DNA of 64,000 nucleotides from the NCBI RefSeq assembly GCF_032444005.1, contig NC_091285.1:54932001-54996000 (forward strand), in the 5' to 3' direction. Numbering within the stretch: the first letter of the stretch is position 1; the number at the start of each line of letters is the position of its first letter. A program made the position numbers and the translations under genes. This document shows positions 1 through 11,406 of the stretch, in pieces. This DNA is from Ranitomeya imitator (Eukaryota). The notes under the pieces are model-generated. The model was not told the DNA's origin, did not search any database, and saw nothing but the letters and a program-made list of their open reading frames with translations.

Positions 1-2793
1 CAGGGGTACACGGGCAGCAGTGGTCTGGTCAGTGGAAGTCTAGTGGAAGGAGTGACCGCAGACAGGCATCGAAGGCCTAAAATAATAACACATGGCTGTA
101 GGCAATTTTAAATTGGTTCCAGGGGTACACGGACAGCAGTGGTGTGGTCAGTGGAGGCCTAGTGGAAGGAGTCACCGCAGACAGGCATCGAAGGCCTAAA
201 ATAATAACACATGGCTGTAGGCAATTTTAAATTGGTTCCAGGGGTACACGGGCAGCAGTGACCTGGTCAGTGTAGTAGTAGTTGAAAGAATGGACCGCAG
301 ACAGGCATCGAAGGCCTAAAATAAAAAAATTGGGCTGGCTGTAGGCAATTTTAAATTGGTTCCAGGGGTACACGGGCAGCAGTGACCTGGTCAGTGTAGT
401 AGTAGTTGAAAGAATGGACCGCAGACAGGCATCGAAGGCCTAAAATAAAAAAATTGGGCTGGCTGTAGGCAATTTTAAATTGGTTCCAGGGGTACACGGG
501 CAGCAGTGACCTGGTCAGTGTAGTAGTAGTTGAAAGAATGGACCGCAGACAGGCATCGAAGGCCTAACATAACAAACTTGGGCTGGCTGTAGGCACTTTT
601 AAATTGGTTCCAGGGGTACACGGGCAGCAGTGGTCTGGTCAGTGGAAGTCTAGTGGAAGGAGTGACCGCAGACAGGCTTCCAAGGCCTAACATAACAAAC
701 TTGGGCTGGCTGTAGGCACTTTTAAATTGGTTCCAGGGGTACACGGGCAGCAGTGACCTGGTCAGTGTAGTAGTAGTTGAAAGAATGGACCGCAGACAGG
801 CATCGAAGGCCTAAAATAAAAAAATTGGGCTGGCTGTAGGCAATTTTAAATTGGTTCCAGGGGTACACGGGCAGCAGTGACCTGGTCAGTGTAGTAGTAG
901 TTGAAAGAATGGACCGCAGACAGGCATCGAAGGCCTAAAATAAAAAAATTGGGCTGGCTGTAGGCAATTTTAAATTGGTTCCAGGGGTACACGGGCAGCA
1001 GTGACCTGGTCAGTGTAGTAGTAGTTGAAAGAATGGACCGCAGACAGGCATCGAAGGCCTAAAATAAAAAAATTGGGCTGGCTGTAGGCAATTTTAAATT
1101 GGTTCCAGGGGTACACGGGCAGCAGTGACCTGGTCAGTGTAGTAGTAGTTGAAAGAATGGACCGCAGACAGGCATCGAAGGCCTAAAATAAAAAAATTGG
1201 GCTGGCTGTAGGCAATTTTAAATTGGTTCCAGGGGTACACGGGCAGCAGTGACCTGGTCAGTGTAGTAGTAGTTGAAAGAATGGACCGCAGACAGGCATC
1301 GAAGGCCTAAAATAAAAAAATTGGGCTGGCTGTAGGCAATTTTAAATTGGTTCCAGGGGTACACGGGCAGCAGTGGTGTGGTCAGTGGAGGCCTAGTGGA
1401 AGGAGTGACCGCAGACAGGCATCGAAGGCCTAAAATAATAACACATGGCTGTAGGCACTTTTAAATTGGTTCCAGGGGTACACGGGCAGCAGTGGTCTGG
1501 TCAGTGGAAGTCTAGTGGAAGGAGTGACCGCAGACAGGCTTCGAAGGCCTAACATAACAAAATTGGGCTGGCTGTAGGCACTTTAAATTGGTTCCAGGGG
1601 TACATGGGCAGCAGTGTATGGTCAGTGGAAGTCTAGTGGAAGGAGTGACGGCAGACAGTCTTCGAAGGCCTAACATAACAAAATTGGGCTGACTGTAGGC
1701 ACTTTTAAATTGGTTCCAGGGGTACACGGGCAGCAGTGACCTGGTCAGTGTAGTAGTAGTTGAAAGAATGGACCGCAGACAGGCATCGAAGGCCTAAAAT
1801 AAAAAAATTGGGCTGGCTGTAGGCAATTTTAAATTGGTTCCAGGGGTACACGGGCAGCAGTGACCTGGTCAGTGTAGTAGTAGTTGAAAGAATGGACCGC
1901 AGACAGGCATCGAAGGCCTAAAATAAAAAAATTGGGCTGGCTGTAGGCAATTTTAAATTGGTTCCAGGGGTACACGGGCAGCAGTGACCTGGTCAGTGTA
2001 GTAGTAGTTGAAAGAATGGACCGCAGACAGGCATCGAAGGCCTAAAATAAAAAAATTGGGCTGGCTGTAGGCAATTTTAAATTGGTTCCAGGGGTACACG
2101 GGCAGCAGTGACCTGGTCAGTGTAGTAGTAGTTGAAAGAATGGACCGCAGACAGGCATCGAAGGCCTAAAATAAAAAAATTGGGCTGGCTGTAGGCAATT
2201 TTAAATTGGTTCCAGGGGTACACGGGCAGCAGTGACCTGGTCAGTGTAGTAGTAGTTGAAAGAATGGACCGCAGACAGGCATCGAAGGCCTAAAATAAAA
2301 AAATTGGGCTGGCTGTAGGCAATTTTAAATTGGTTCCAGGGGTACACGGGCAGCAGTGGTGTGGTCAGTGGAGGCCTAGTGGAAGGAGTGACCGCAGACA
2401 GGCATCGAAGGCCTAAAATAATAACACATGGCTGTAGGCACTTTTAAATTGGTTCCAGGGGTACACGGGCAGCAGTGGTCTGGTCAGTGGAAGTCTAGTG
2501 GAAGGAGTGACCGCAGACAGGCTTCGAAGGCCTAACATAACAAAATTGGGCTGGCTGTAGGCACTTTAAATTGGTTCCAGGGGTACATGGGCAGCAGTGT
2601 ATGGTCAGTGGAAGTCTAGTGGAAGGAGTGACGGCAGACAGTCTTCGAAGGCCTAACATAACAAAATTGGGCTGACTGTAGGCACTTTTAAATTGGTTCC
2701 AGGGTAACACGGCCAGCAGTGGCCTGGTCAGTGTAGTAGTTGTAGAAAGAAGGGACCGCAGACAGGCTTCGAAGGCCTAACATAACAAAAATG
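1..2793. repeat. Tandem array of ~119-124 bp units (~23 copies), 3' of the element 1 transposase
   Basis: caggggtacacgggcagcagtg recurs at 1, 120, 239, 363, 487, 611, 734, 858 and onward; several recurrent unit variants. Confidence 0.97.
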
Positions 2794-3249
2794 TCAAAAC
2801 AATGGTATTGTCAGTGCCAGGCATTGAAGGATGTCAGCGGCTAGACTACACATTGGTGAAGCTGTGAGAGATAATTTTGCTAGTGGTAGAGCACTGTTTG
2901 AGCTGGGGGGGGGAACTGTCTTGTGGCCGGCGGTACAGGCACAGGGCCCCTCATATTACAACGGTGTGTCTGACGTTGGGTGCGCACCACCACCGCCAGA
3001 GACACTTTATTGTACTATGAGGGACCCAGTGGCAGTGCCGTCGACCAAAAGCGGCCACACCCACCTCTTCAGACAAACAGCACTCTCAAGGGTCCAAGCG
3101 CAAAGTGGCGATAGCACGGCCCCGTGTGGGGAGTTTGGCCATTTCGTGAGGTGGAAACATGTCGTATGCTGGACAATCAGGTGAAGAAAATTACGAGATT
3201 GGAAAAGTCATTCAGAATAGTCCACAGGCAAGACCTTTTCATAGGAAAG

Positions 3250-6200
3250 CTAGGTGTCAGCCGGGCAGGGTGGGGCAAAAGATTTTGAAATCCAGTTGTG
3301 GTTCATTTTAATGAAGGTTAGATCATCTACATTTTGGGTAGCCAGACGAGTCCTTTTTTCTGTTAGTATTGAACCTGCAGCACTGAATACTCTTTCTGAT
3401 AGGACACTAGCTGCCGGGCAAGCAAGCTCCTGCAATGCATATTCTGCCAATTCTGGCCAGGTGTCTAATTTGGATGCCCAGTAATCAAATGGGAATGACG
3501 GTTGAGGGAGAACGTCGATAAGGGATGAAAAATAGTTTGTAACCATACTGGACAAATGTTGTCTCCTGTCACTTTGAATTGATGCTGCAGTACCTGTCCT
3601 GTCTGCGGTCATAGAAAAATCACTCCACAACCTGGTCAGAAAACCCCTCTGTCCAACGCCACTTCTGATTTCTGCCCCTCTAACACCTCTGGTCTGCTGG
3701 CCCCTGGAGCTCGTGTGAGAACGATCACGGGCGCTGTGTGCAGGGAATGCCAGAAGCAAACGGTCAACAAGAGTTGATTGTTTTGTTGCTAATATTAGTT
3801 CCAAGTTCTCATGTGGCATAATATTTTGCAATTTGCCTTTATAGCGAGGATCAAGGAGGCAGGCCAACCAGTAATCGTCATCGTTCATCATTTTTGTAAT
3901 GCGTGTGTCCCTTTTGAGGATACGCAAGGCATAATCCGCCATGTGGGCCAAAGTTCCCGTTGTCAAATCTGCGGTTGTGCTTGGTTGAGGGGCAGTTGCA
4001 GGCAAATCTACGTCACTTGTGTCCCTCAAAAAACCAGAACCCGGCCTTGCCACGCCACCAATTTCCCGTGCCCCCGGGAAAGCTTCCTCATTAAAAATAT
4101 ACTCATCCCCATCATCCTCCTCATCCTCCACCTCCTCTTCGCCCGGTACCTCGTCATGTACACTGCCCTGACCAGACAATCGCTGACTGTCATCAAGGCT
4201 TTCCTCTTCCTCTGGTGCAGACGCCTGATCCTTTATGTGCGTCAAACTTTGCATCAGCAGACGCATTAGGGGGATGCTCATGCTTATTATGGCGTTGTCT
4301 GCACTAACCAGCCGTGTGCATTCCTCAAAACACTGAAGGACTTGACACATGTCTTGAATCTTCGACCACTGCACACCTGACAACTCCATGTCTGCCATCC
4401 TACTGCCTGCCCGTGTATGTGTATCCTCCCACAAAAACATAACAGCCCGCCTCTGTTCGCACAGTCTCTGAAGCATGTGCAGTGTTGAGTTCCACCTTGT
4501 TGCAACGTCTATGATTAGGCGATGCTGGGGAAGGTTCAAAGAACGCTGATAGGTCTGCATACGGCTGGAGTGTACAGGCGAACGGCGGATATGTGCGCAA
4601 AGTCCACGCACTTTGAGGAGCAGGTCGGATAACCCCGGATAACTTTTCAGGAAGCACTGCACCACCAGGTTTAAGGTGTGAGCCAGGCAAGGAATGTGTT
4701 TCAGTTGGGAAAGGGAGATGGCAGCCATGAAATTCCTTCCGTTATCACTCACTACCTTGCCTGCCTCAAGATCTACAGTGCCCAGCCACGACTGCGTTTC
4801 TTGCTGCAAGAACTCGGACAGAACTTCCGCGGTGTGTCTATTGTCGCCCAAACACTTCATAGCCAATACAGCCTGCTGACGTATGCCAGTAGCTGCCCCA
4901 TAATGGGAGACCTGGTGTGCAACAGTGGCAGGTGCGGATGGAGTGTTTGTGCGACTGCGGTCTGTGGACGAGCTCTTGCTTCTGCAGGAGGACGAGGAGG
5001 AGGAGGAGGAGGGGGTGCGAACGGCTACAGACAACTGTTTACTAGACCGTGGGCTAGGCAGAACTGTCCCAAACTTGCTGTCCCCTGTGGACCCTGAATC
5101 CACCACATTTACCCAGTGTGCCGTGATGGACACGTAACGTCCCTGGCCATGCCTACTGGTCCATGCATCTGTTGTCAGGTGCACCTTTGTGCTCACAGAT
5201 TGCCTGAGTGCATGGACGATGCGCTCTTTAACATGCTGGTGGAGGGCTGGGATGGCTTTTCTGGAAAAAAAGTGTCGACTGGGTAGCTCGTAGCGTGGTA
5301 CAGCGTAGTCCATCAGGTCTTTGAAAGCTTCGCTTTCAACTAACCGGTAGGGCATCATCTCTAACGAGATTAGTCTAGCTATGTGGGCGTTCAAACCCTG
5401 TGTACGCGGATGCGAGGCTAAGTATTTCCTTTTTCTAACCATAGTCTCATGTAGGGTGAGCTGGACTGGAGAGCTGGAGATCGTGGAACTAGCGGGGGTG
5501 CCGGTGGACATGGCAGACTGAGAGACGGTGGGAGATGGTATTGTTGCCGCCGGTGCCCTAGATGCAGTGTTTCCTACTACGAAACTGGTGATTCCCTGAC
5601 CCTGACTGCTTTGGCCTGGCAAAGATACCTGCACAGATACAGCAGGTGGTGCGCTAAATGGTGGTCCTACACTGCCGGAAGGGATGTTGCGTTGATGACT
5701 AGCTTCATTGGCCGAGGGTGCAACAACCTTAAGGGACGTTTGGTAGTTAGTCCAAGCTTTCAAATGCATGGTGGTTAAATGTCTATGCATGCAACTAGTA
5801 TTGAGACTTTTCAGATTCTGACCTCTGCTTAAGGAAGTAGAACATTTTTGACAGATGACTTTGCGCTGATCAATTGGATGTTGTTTAAAAAAATGCCAGA
5901 CTGCACTCTTTCTAGCATCGGATACCTTTTCAGGCATTGCAGACTGAGCTTTAACCGGATGGCCACGCTGTCCTCCACCAGGTTTTGGCTTTGCCACGCG
6001 TTTTGGGCAAGATACGGGCCCGGCAGATGGAACCTGTGGCGATGTTGATGCCTGCTGCGGCCCCTCCTCCTCCTCTGCTTCAGAACTGCTGCCGCCTGCA
6101 CCCTGTTCCCCCAATGGCTGCCAATCGGGGTCAAGAACTGGGTCATCTAATAACTCTTCTTGTACCTCCTGCGCAACTTCGTCTGTGTCACCGTGTCGTT

Positions 6201-6825
6201 CGGTGGTATAGCGTTCGTGATGGGGCAACATAGTCTCATCAGGGTCTGATTCTTGATCAGCACCCTGCGAGGGCAATGTTGTGGTCTGAGTCAAAGGACC
6301 AGCATAGTAGTCTGGCTGTGGCTGTGCGTCAGTGCACTCCATGTCAGATTCAATTTGTAATGGGCATGGACTGTTAACTGCTTCACTTTCTAAGCCAGGG
6401 ACGGTATGTGTAAAGAGCTCCATGGAGTAACCCGTTGTGTCGCCTGCTGCATTCTTCTCTGTTGTTGTTTTTGCTGAAGAGGACAAGGAAGTGACTTGTC
6501 CCTGACCGTGAACATCCACTAACGACGCGCTGCTTTTACTTTTACCAGTTTCACGAGATGAGGCAAAAGAGCTAGAGGCTGAGTCAGCAAGATAAGCCAA
6601 AACTTGCTCTTGCTGCTCCGGCTTTAAAAGCGGTTTTCCTAATCCCAGAAAAGGGAGCGTTCGAGGCCTTGTGTAGCCGGACGACGAACCTGGCTCCACA
6701 GCTCCAGACTTAGGTGCAATATTTTTTCCCCCACGACCACCTGATGCTCCACCACTACCACTACCCTCATTACCAGCTGACAATGAACGCCCCCGGCCAC
6801 GACCTCTTCCACTAGACTTCCTCAT
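3250..6825 (-). CDS. hAT-superfamily transposase, 1191 aa, intronless (ZBED-like)
   Basis: BED finger (VWHFF..C..C..H..H); TTDAWTS (D1); VSDNGRN (D2); CLAHTLNL (CxxH); TRWNST; C-terminal dimerisation region WPELAEYALQELACPAASVLSERVFS (E). No stops or frameshifts. Confidence 0.95.
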   Translation of the reverse strand: MRKSSGRGRGRGRSLSAGNEGSGSGGASGGRGGKNIAPKSGAVEPGSSSGYTRPRTLPFLGLGKPLLKPEQQEQVLAYLADSASSSFASSRETGKSKSSASLVDVHGQGQVTSLSSSAKTTTEKNAAGDTTGYSMELFTHTVPGLESEAVNSPCPLQIESDMECTDAQPQPDYYAGPLTQTTTLPSQGADQESDPDETMLPHHERYTTERHGDTDEVAQEVQEELLDDPVLDPDWQPLGEQGAGGSSSEAEEEEGPQQASTSPQVPSAGPVSCPKRVAKPKPGGGQRGHPVKAQSAMPEKVSDARKSAVWHFFKQHPIDQRKVICQKCSTSLSRGQNLKSLNTSCMHRHLTTMHLKAWTNYQTSLKVVAPSANEASHQRNIPSGSVGPPFSAPPAVSVQVSLPGQSSQGQGITSFVVGNTASRAPAATIPSPTVSQSAMSTGTPASSTISSSPVQLTLHETMVRKRKYLASHPRTQGLNAHIARLISLEMMPYRLVESEAFKDLMDYAVPRYELPSRHFFSRKAIPALHQHVKERIVHALRQSVSTKVHLTTDAWTSRHGQGRYVSITAHWVNVVDSGSTGDSKFGTVLPSPRSSKQLSVAVRTPSSSSSSSSCRSKSSSTDRSRTNTPSAPATVAHQVSHYGAATGIRQQAVLAMKCLGDNRHTAEVLSEFLQQETQSWLGTVDLEAGKVVSDNGRNFMAAISLSQLKHIPCLAHTLNLVVQCFLKSYPGLSDLLLKVRGLCAHIRRSPVHSSRMQTYQRSLNLPQHRLIIDVATRWNSTLHMLQRLCEQRRAVMFLWEDTHTRAGSRMADMELSGVQWSKIQDMCQVLQCFEECTRLVSADNAIISMSIPLMRLLMQSLTHIKDQASAPEEEESLDDSQRLSGQGSVHDEVPGEEEVEDEEDDGDEYIFNEEAFPGAREIGGVARPGSGFLRDTSDVDLPATAPQPSTTADLTTGTLAHMADYALRILKRDTRITKMMNDDDYWLACLLDPRYKGKLQNIMPHENLELILATKQSTLVDRLLLAFPAHSARDRSHTSSRGQQTRGVRGAEIRSGVGQRGFLTRLWSDFSMTADRTGTAASIQSDRRQHLSSMVTNYFSSLIDVLPQPSFPFDYWASKLDTWPELAEYALQELACPAASVLSERVFSAAGSILTEKRTRLATQNVDDLTFIKMNHNWISKSFAPPCPADT

Positions 6826-7189
6826 TGTTTTAAAAACGTAACCAAACTAACGTTATTTGTTGCAGTCACACAACTTACACGGTGAGCTATAACTTCTGTA
6901 TGATTTAGCTACCCCTTTACAGGTTGGTGAGACCACAGCGAAAATCAGGCCCAATGTTACACACTCTTTTTTTGGTGGCTGCAAATTAGAGAGATGCCCC
7001 ACACGCAGGACTGTCACTGAAGCACAAATGTTAATATTAATGTCACACTATTATTTTTTTTTTATTTTTATTTTTTTCAGGAACACTTTAGAAACCCCCC
7101 AAAAAAAAAAAAATAGATTTTTGCAGGGAGAATTTAGAAAACAAATGTAACAAACTATATGCTTTCTATGGGCCACTGAGTGAGAGATG

Positions 7190-9164
7190 ACGCACACAGG
7201 AATCAGGAGTGGCACACAAGCCCAGAGGCCAATATTTTTCTACCAATGATTGATGGAGTTATTTTCTCTGGTAGATTTTGGAACCCAAATCAAGGAAAAA
7301 AAATGTAGGCTTTCTATGGACCACAATTGGAGAGAGAGAGAGAGAGAGATGGCACACCCAGGAGTCAAGACTGGCACACAAGCAGAAAGGCCAATATTAA
7401 TCTCCCACTGTTTTTTTTGGTTGTTTTTTTTTTTTTTTTTTTCAGGGAGACTTTAGAAAAAAAAATAATAAAAAAAATATGATTTTATCAGGAAGAATTT
7501 AGAAACCAAATAAAATAAAATGATTTTTTCAGGGAGAATTTATAAAACAAATAAAACCAAAAATAGGCGTTCTATGGCCCACTGACTGAGAGATGACGCA
7601 CCCAGGAGTCAAGACTGGCACACAAGCAGAAAGGCCAATATTAATCTCCCACTGTTTTTTTTGGTTGTTTTTTTTTTTTTTTTTTTCAGGGAGACTTTAG
7701 AAAAAAAAATAATAAAAAAAATATGATTTTATCAGGAAGAATTTAGAAACCAAATAAAATAAAATGATTTTTTCAGGGAGAATTTATAAAACAAATAAAA
7801 CCAAAAATAGGCGTTCTATGGCCCACTGACTGAGAGATGACGCACCCAGGAGTCAAGACTGGCACACAAGCAGAAAGGCCAATATTAATCTCCCACTGTT
7901 TTTTTTGGTTGTTTTTTTTTTTTTTTTTTCAGGGAGACTTTAGAAAAAAAAATAATAAAAAAAATATGATTTTATCAGGAAGAATTTAGAAACCAAATAA
8001 AATAAAATGATTTTTTCAGGGAGAATTTATAAAACAAATAAAACCAAAAATAGGCGTTCTATGGCCCACTGACTGAGAGATGACGCACCCAGGAGTCAAG
8101 ACTGGCACACAAGCAGAAAGGCCAATATTAATCTCCCACTGTTTTTTTTGGTTGTTTTTTTTTTTTTTTTTTTCAGGGAGACTTTAGAAAAAAAAATAAT
8201 AAAAAAAATATGATTTTATCAGGAAGAATTTAGAAACCAAATAAAATAAAATGATTTTTTCAGGGAGAATTTAGAAAACAAATAAAACCAAAAATAGGCG
8301 TTCTATGGCCCACTGACTGAGAGATGACGCACCCAGGAGTCAAGACTGGCACACAAGCAGAAAGGCCAATATTAATCTCCCACTGTTTTTTTTGGTTGTT
8401 TTTTTTTTTTTTTTTTCAGGGAGACTTTAGAAAAAAAAATAATAAAAAAAATATGATTTTATCAGGAAGAATTTAGAAACCAAATAAAATAAAATGATTT
8501 TTTCAGGGAGAATTTATAAAACAAATAAAACCAAAAATAGGCGTTCTATGGCCCACTGACTGAGAGATGACGCACCCAGGAGTCAAGACTGGCACACAAG
8601 CAGAAAGGCCAATATTAATCTCCCACTGTTTTTTTTTTTTTTTTCAGGGAGACTTTAGAAAAAAAAATAATAAAAAAAATATGATTTTATCAGGAAGAAT
8701 TTAGAAACCAAATAAAATAAAATGATTTTTTCAGGGAGAATTTATAAAACAAATAAAACCAAAAATAGGCGTTCTATGGCCCACTGACTGAGAGATGACG
8801 CACCCAGGAGTCAAGACTGGCACACAAGCAGAAAGGCCAATATTAATCTCCCACTGTTTTTTTTTTTTTTTTTCAGGGAGACTTTAGAAAAAAAAATAAT
8901 AAAAAAAATATGATTTTATCAGGAAGAATTTAGAAACCAAATAAAATAAAATAATTTTTTCAGGGAGAATTTAGAAAACAAATAAAACCAAAAATAGGCG
9001 TTCTATGGCCCACTGACTGAGAGATGACGCACACAGGAGTCAGGAGTGGCACACAAACCCAGAGGCCAATATTTTTCTACCAATGATTGATGTAGTTATT
9101 TTCTCTGGTAGATTTTAGAACCCAAATCAAGGAAAAAAAATATAGGCTTTCTATGGACCACAAT

Positions 9165-9221
<57 letters not shown>

Positions 9222-9480
9222 CACCCAGGAGTCAAGACTGGCACACAAGCAGAAAGGCCAATATTAATCTCCCACTGTTTTTTTGGTTGTTTTTTTTTTT
9301 TTTTTTTTTCAGGGAGACTTTAGAAATAAAAATAATAAAAAAAATATGATTTTATCAGGAAGAATTTAGAAACCAAATAAAATAAAATGATTTTTTCAGG
9401 GAGAATTTAGAAAACAAATAAAACCAAAAATATGCGTTCTATGGCCCACTGACTGAGAGAGAGAGAGAGATGGAACGCTT
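7190..9480. repeat. Tandem array of ~228-244 bp units with poly(T)/poly(A) tracts and an (AG)n run at ~9167-9216
   Basis: ggagtcaagactggcacacaagcagaaaggccaatattaatctccc recurs at 7605, 7849, 8092, 8336, 8579 and 8807. Confidence 0.95.
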
Positions 9481-9559
9481 AGTACTGGCACACAAGCCCA
9501 AAGGGCAATATTAATCTCCCTTTTTTTTTCCAGGGAGAATTTCTGAAACCCAAAAAAAA

Positions 9560-10520
9560 AATAAAATAGGCTTTCTATGGCCCACTATTTGTGAGAGAGA
9601 TGGGACGCTCAGGACTGGCACAGATGGCACGCTCAGGACTGGCACAGAAGCCCAGAGGCCAATATTAATCTCCCTTTTTTTCTGGGAGAATTTATAAAAC
9701 CAAAAAAATATTTAAATAGGCTTTCTATGGCCCACTATTTGTGAGAGAGATGGCACGCTCAGGACTGGCACAGATGGCACGCTCACAACTGGCACAGAAG
9801 CCCAGAGGCCAATATTAATCTCCCTTTTTTTCTGGGAGAATTTATAAAACCAAAAAAATATTTAAATAGGCTTTCTATGGCCCACTATTTGTGAGAGAGA
9901 TGGCACGCTCAGGACTGGCACAGATGGCACGCTCACAACTGGCACACAAGCCCAGAGGCCAATATTAATCTCCCTTTTTTCAGGGAAAATTTATAAAACC
10001 AAAAAAAAAATTAAATAGGCTTTCTATGGCCCACTATTTGTGAGAGAGATGGCACGCTCAGGACTGGCACAGATGGCACGCTCACAACTGGCACACAAGC
10101 CCAGAGGCCAATATTAATCTCCCTTTTTTCAGGGAAAATTTATAAAACCAAAAAAAAAATTAAATAGGCTTTCTATGGCCCACTATTTGTGAGAGAGATG
10201 GGACGCTCAGGACTGGCACAGATGGCACGCTCAGGACTGGCACAGAAGCCCAGAGGCCAATATTAATCTCCCTTTTTTTCAGGGAGAATTTATAAAACCC
10301 AAAAAAAAATAAAATAGGCTTTCTATGGCCCACTATTTGTGAGAGAGATGGCACACTCAGGACTGGCACACAAGCCCAAAGGCCAATATTAATCTCCCAC
10401 TGTATTTTTATCAGGGAGAATTTATACACCCCACAAAAAAAAATACAGAAAAATGAAAAGGCTTTCTATGGCCCACTATGTGAGAGAGATGGCACACACA
10501 GGGATGGCACTCTAGCAGAA
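9560..10520. repeat. Tandem array of ~150 bp units related to the 244-bp array
   Basis: ctatggcccactatttgtgagagagatg recurs at ~9579, 9729, 9879, 10028, 10177, 10327 and 10470, and shares motifs with the 244-bp unit. Confidence 0.93.
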
Positions 10521-11039
10521 ATGCCAAATTGCCAATCTTAATCTCCCACCAAAAAAAAAAAAAAAAAAAAAACAGGGAATGTCCTACAATTACTATCTCC
10601 CTGCCTGCAGTAATCTCAGCCAGGTATGGCAGGCAGCTACTATCTCCCTGCCTGCAGTAATCTCAGCCAGGTATGGCAGGCAGCAATAAGGAGTGGACTG
10701 ATGCACAAATGAAATAAAAAGTGTGGACAAACAAAAAAGATAGCTGTGCAGAAAGGAAGGAACAAGAGGATTTGTGCTTTGAAAAAAGCAGTTGGTTTGC
10801 ACAGCGGCGTACACACAGCAATGCAGCTATCAGGGAGCCTTCTAGGGCAGCCCAATGAGCTACAGCGCTGAGGGGAAAAAAAAAAAAAAAAAAAATTCCA
10901 CTGTCCCTGCACACCGAGGGTGGTGTTGGACAGTGCAAATCGCTGCAGCACAAGCGGTTTTGTGGTTAATGGACCCTGCCTAACGCTATCCCTGCTTCTG
11001 ACAAAGCGGCAGCAACCTCTCCCTAAGCTCAGATCAGCA

Positions 11040-11195
11040 GCAGTAAGATGGCGGTCGGCGGGAACGCCTCTTTATAGCCCCTGTGACGTCGCAGACAGCA
11101 AGCCAATCACTGCAATGCCCTTCTCTAAGATGGTGGGGACCAGGACCTATGTCATCACGCTGCCCACACTCTGCGTTTACCTTCATTGGCTGAGA
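11040..11195 (-). promoter_or_regulatory. Putative internal Pol II promoter of hAT element 1
   Basis: Read on the minus strand: CCAAT (11189-11185), ATTGG (11107-11103), GACGTCA (11090-11084), TATAAA (11076-11071), CGCCATCTT YY1-like (11053-11045). The same order is seen in element 2. Confidence 0.6.
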
Positions 11196-11406
11196 AATGG
11201 CGCTTTTCGCGTCATTGAAACGCGACTTTGGCGCGAAAGTCGCGTACCGCATGGCCGACCCCGCACAGGGGTCGGATCGGGTTTCATGAAACCCCGACTT
11301 AGCCAAAAGTCGGCGACTTTTGAAAATGTTCGACCCGTTTCGCTCAACCCTACTCACAACAATAGTATCAACATTAACCAATATACTGCAAGTCTAGCTT
11401 TCATAC

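Larger units (their letters stand above)
1..11352 (-). mobile_element. Large putatively autonomous hAT DNA transposon (element 1); 5' end at 11352, 3' end beyond the left edge of the window
   Basis: Terminus reads TAGGGTTGAGCGA on the minus strand (plus tcgctcaacccta ending at 11352). The last ~95 bp are nearly identical to the end of the TSD-flanked MITE at 18148-19083. It contains a hAT transposase ORF. The 8 bp after the end are ctcacaac; the matching TSD copy is outside the window. Confidence 0.88.

Noticed and set aside
1-2793. CRISPR-like reading of constant/variable alternation in the 124-bp array (also the 244- and 260-bp arrays)
   Set aside because: The variable segments recur as a few related variants rather than unique spacers; eukaryotic context and no cas genes.
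3254-6233. Antisense and alternate-frame ORFs overlapping the transposases (also within 58977-62273)
   Set aside because: Short, no recognisable motifs, expected shadows of long GC-rich coding sequence.
10592-10683. 46-bp direct duplication (actatctccctgcctgcagtaatctcagccaggtatggcaggcagc x2)
   Set aside because: Real, but a simple local slippage inside element 1 with no further signal.
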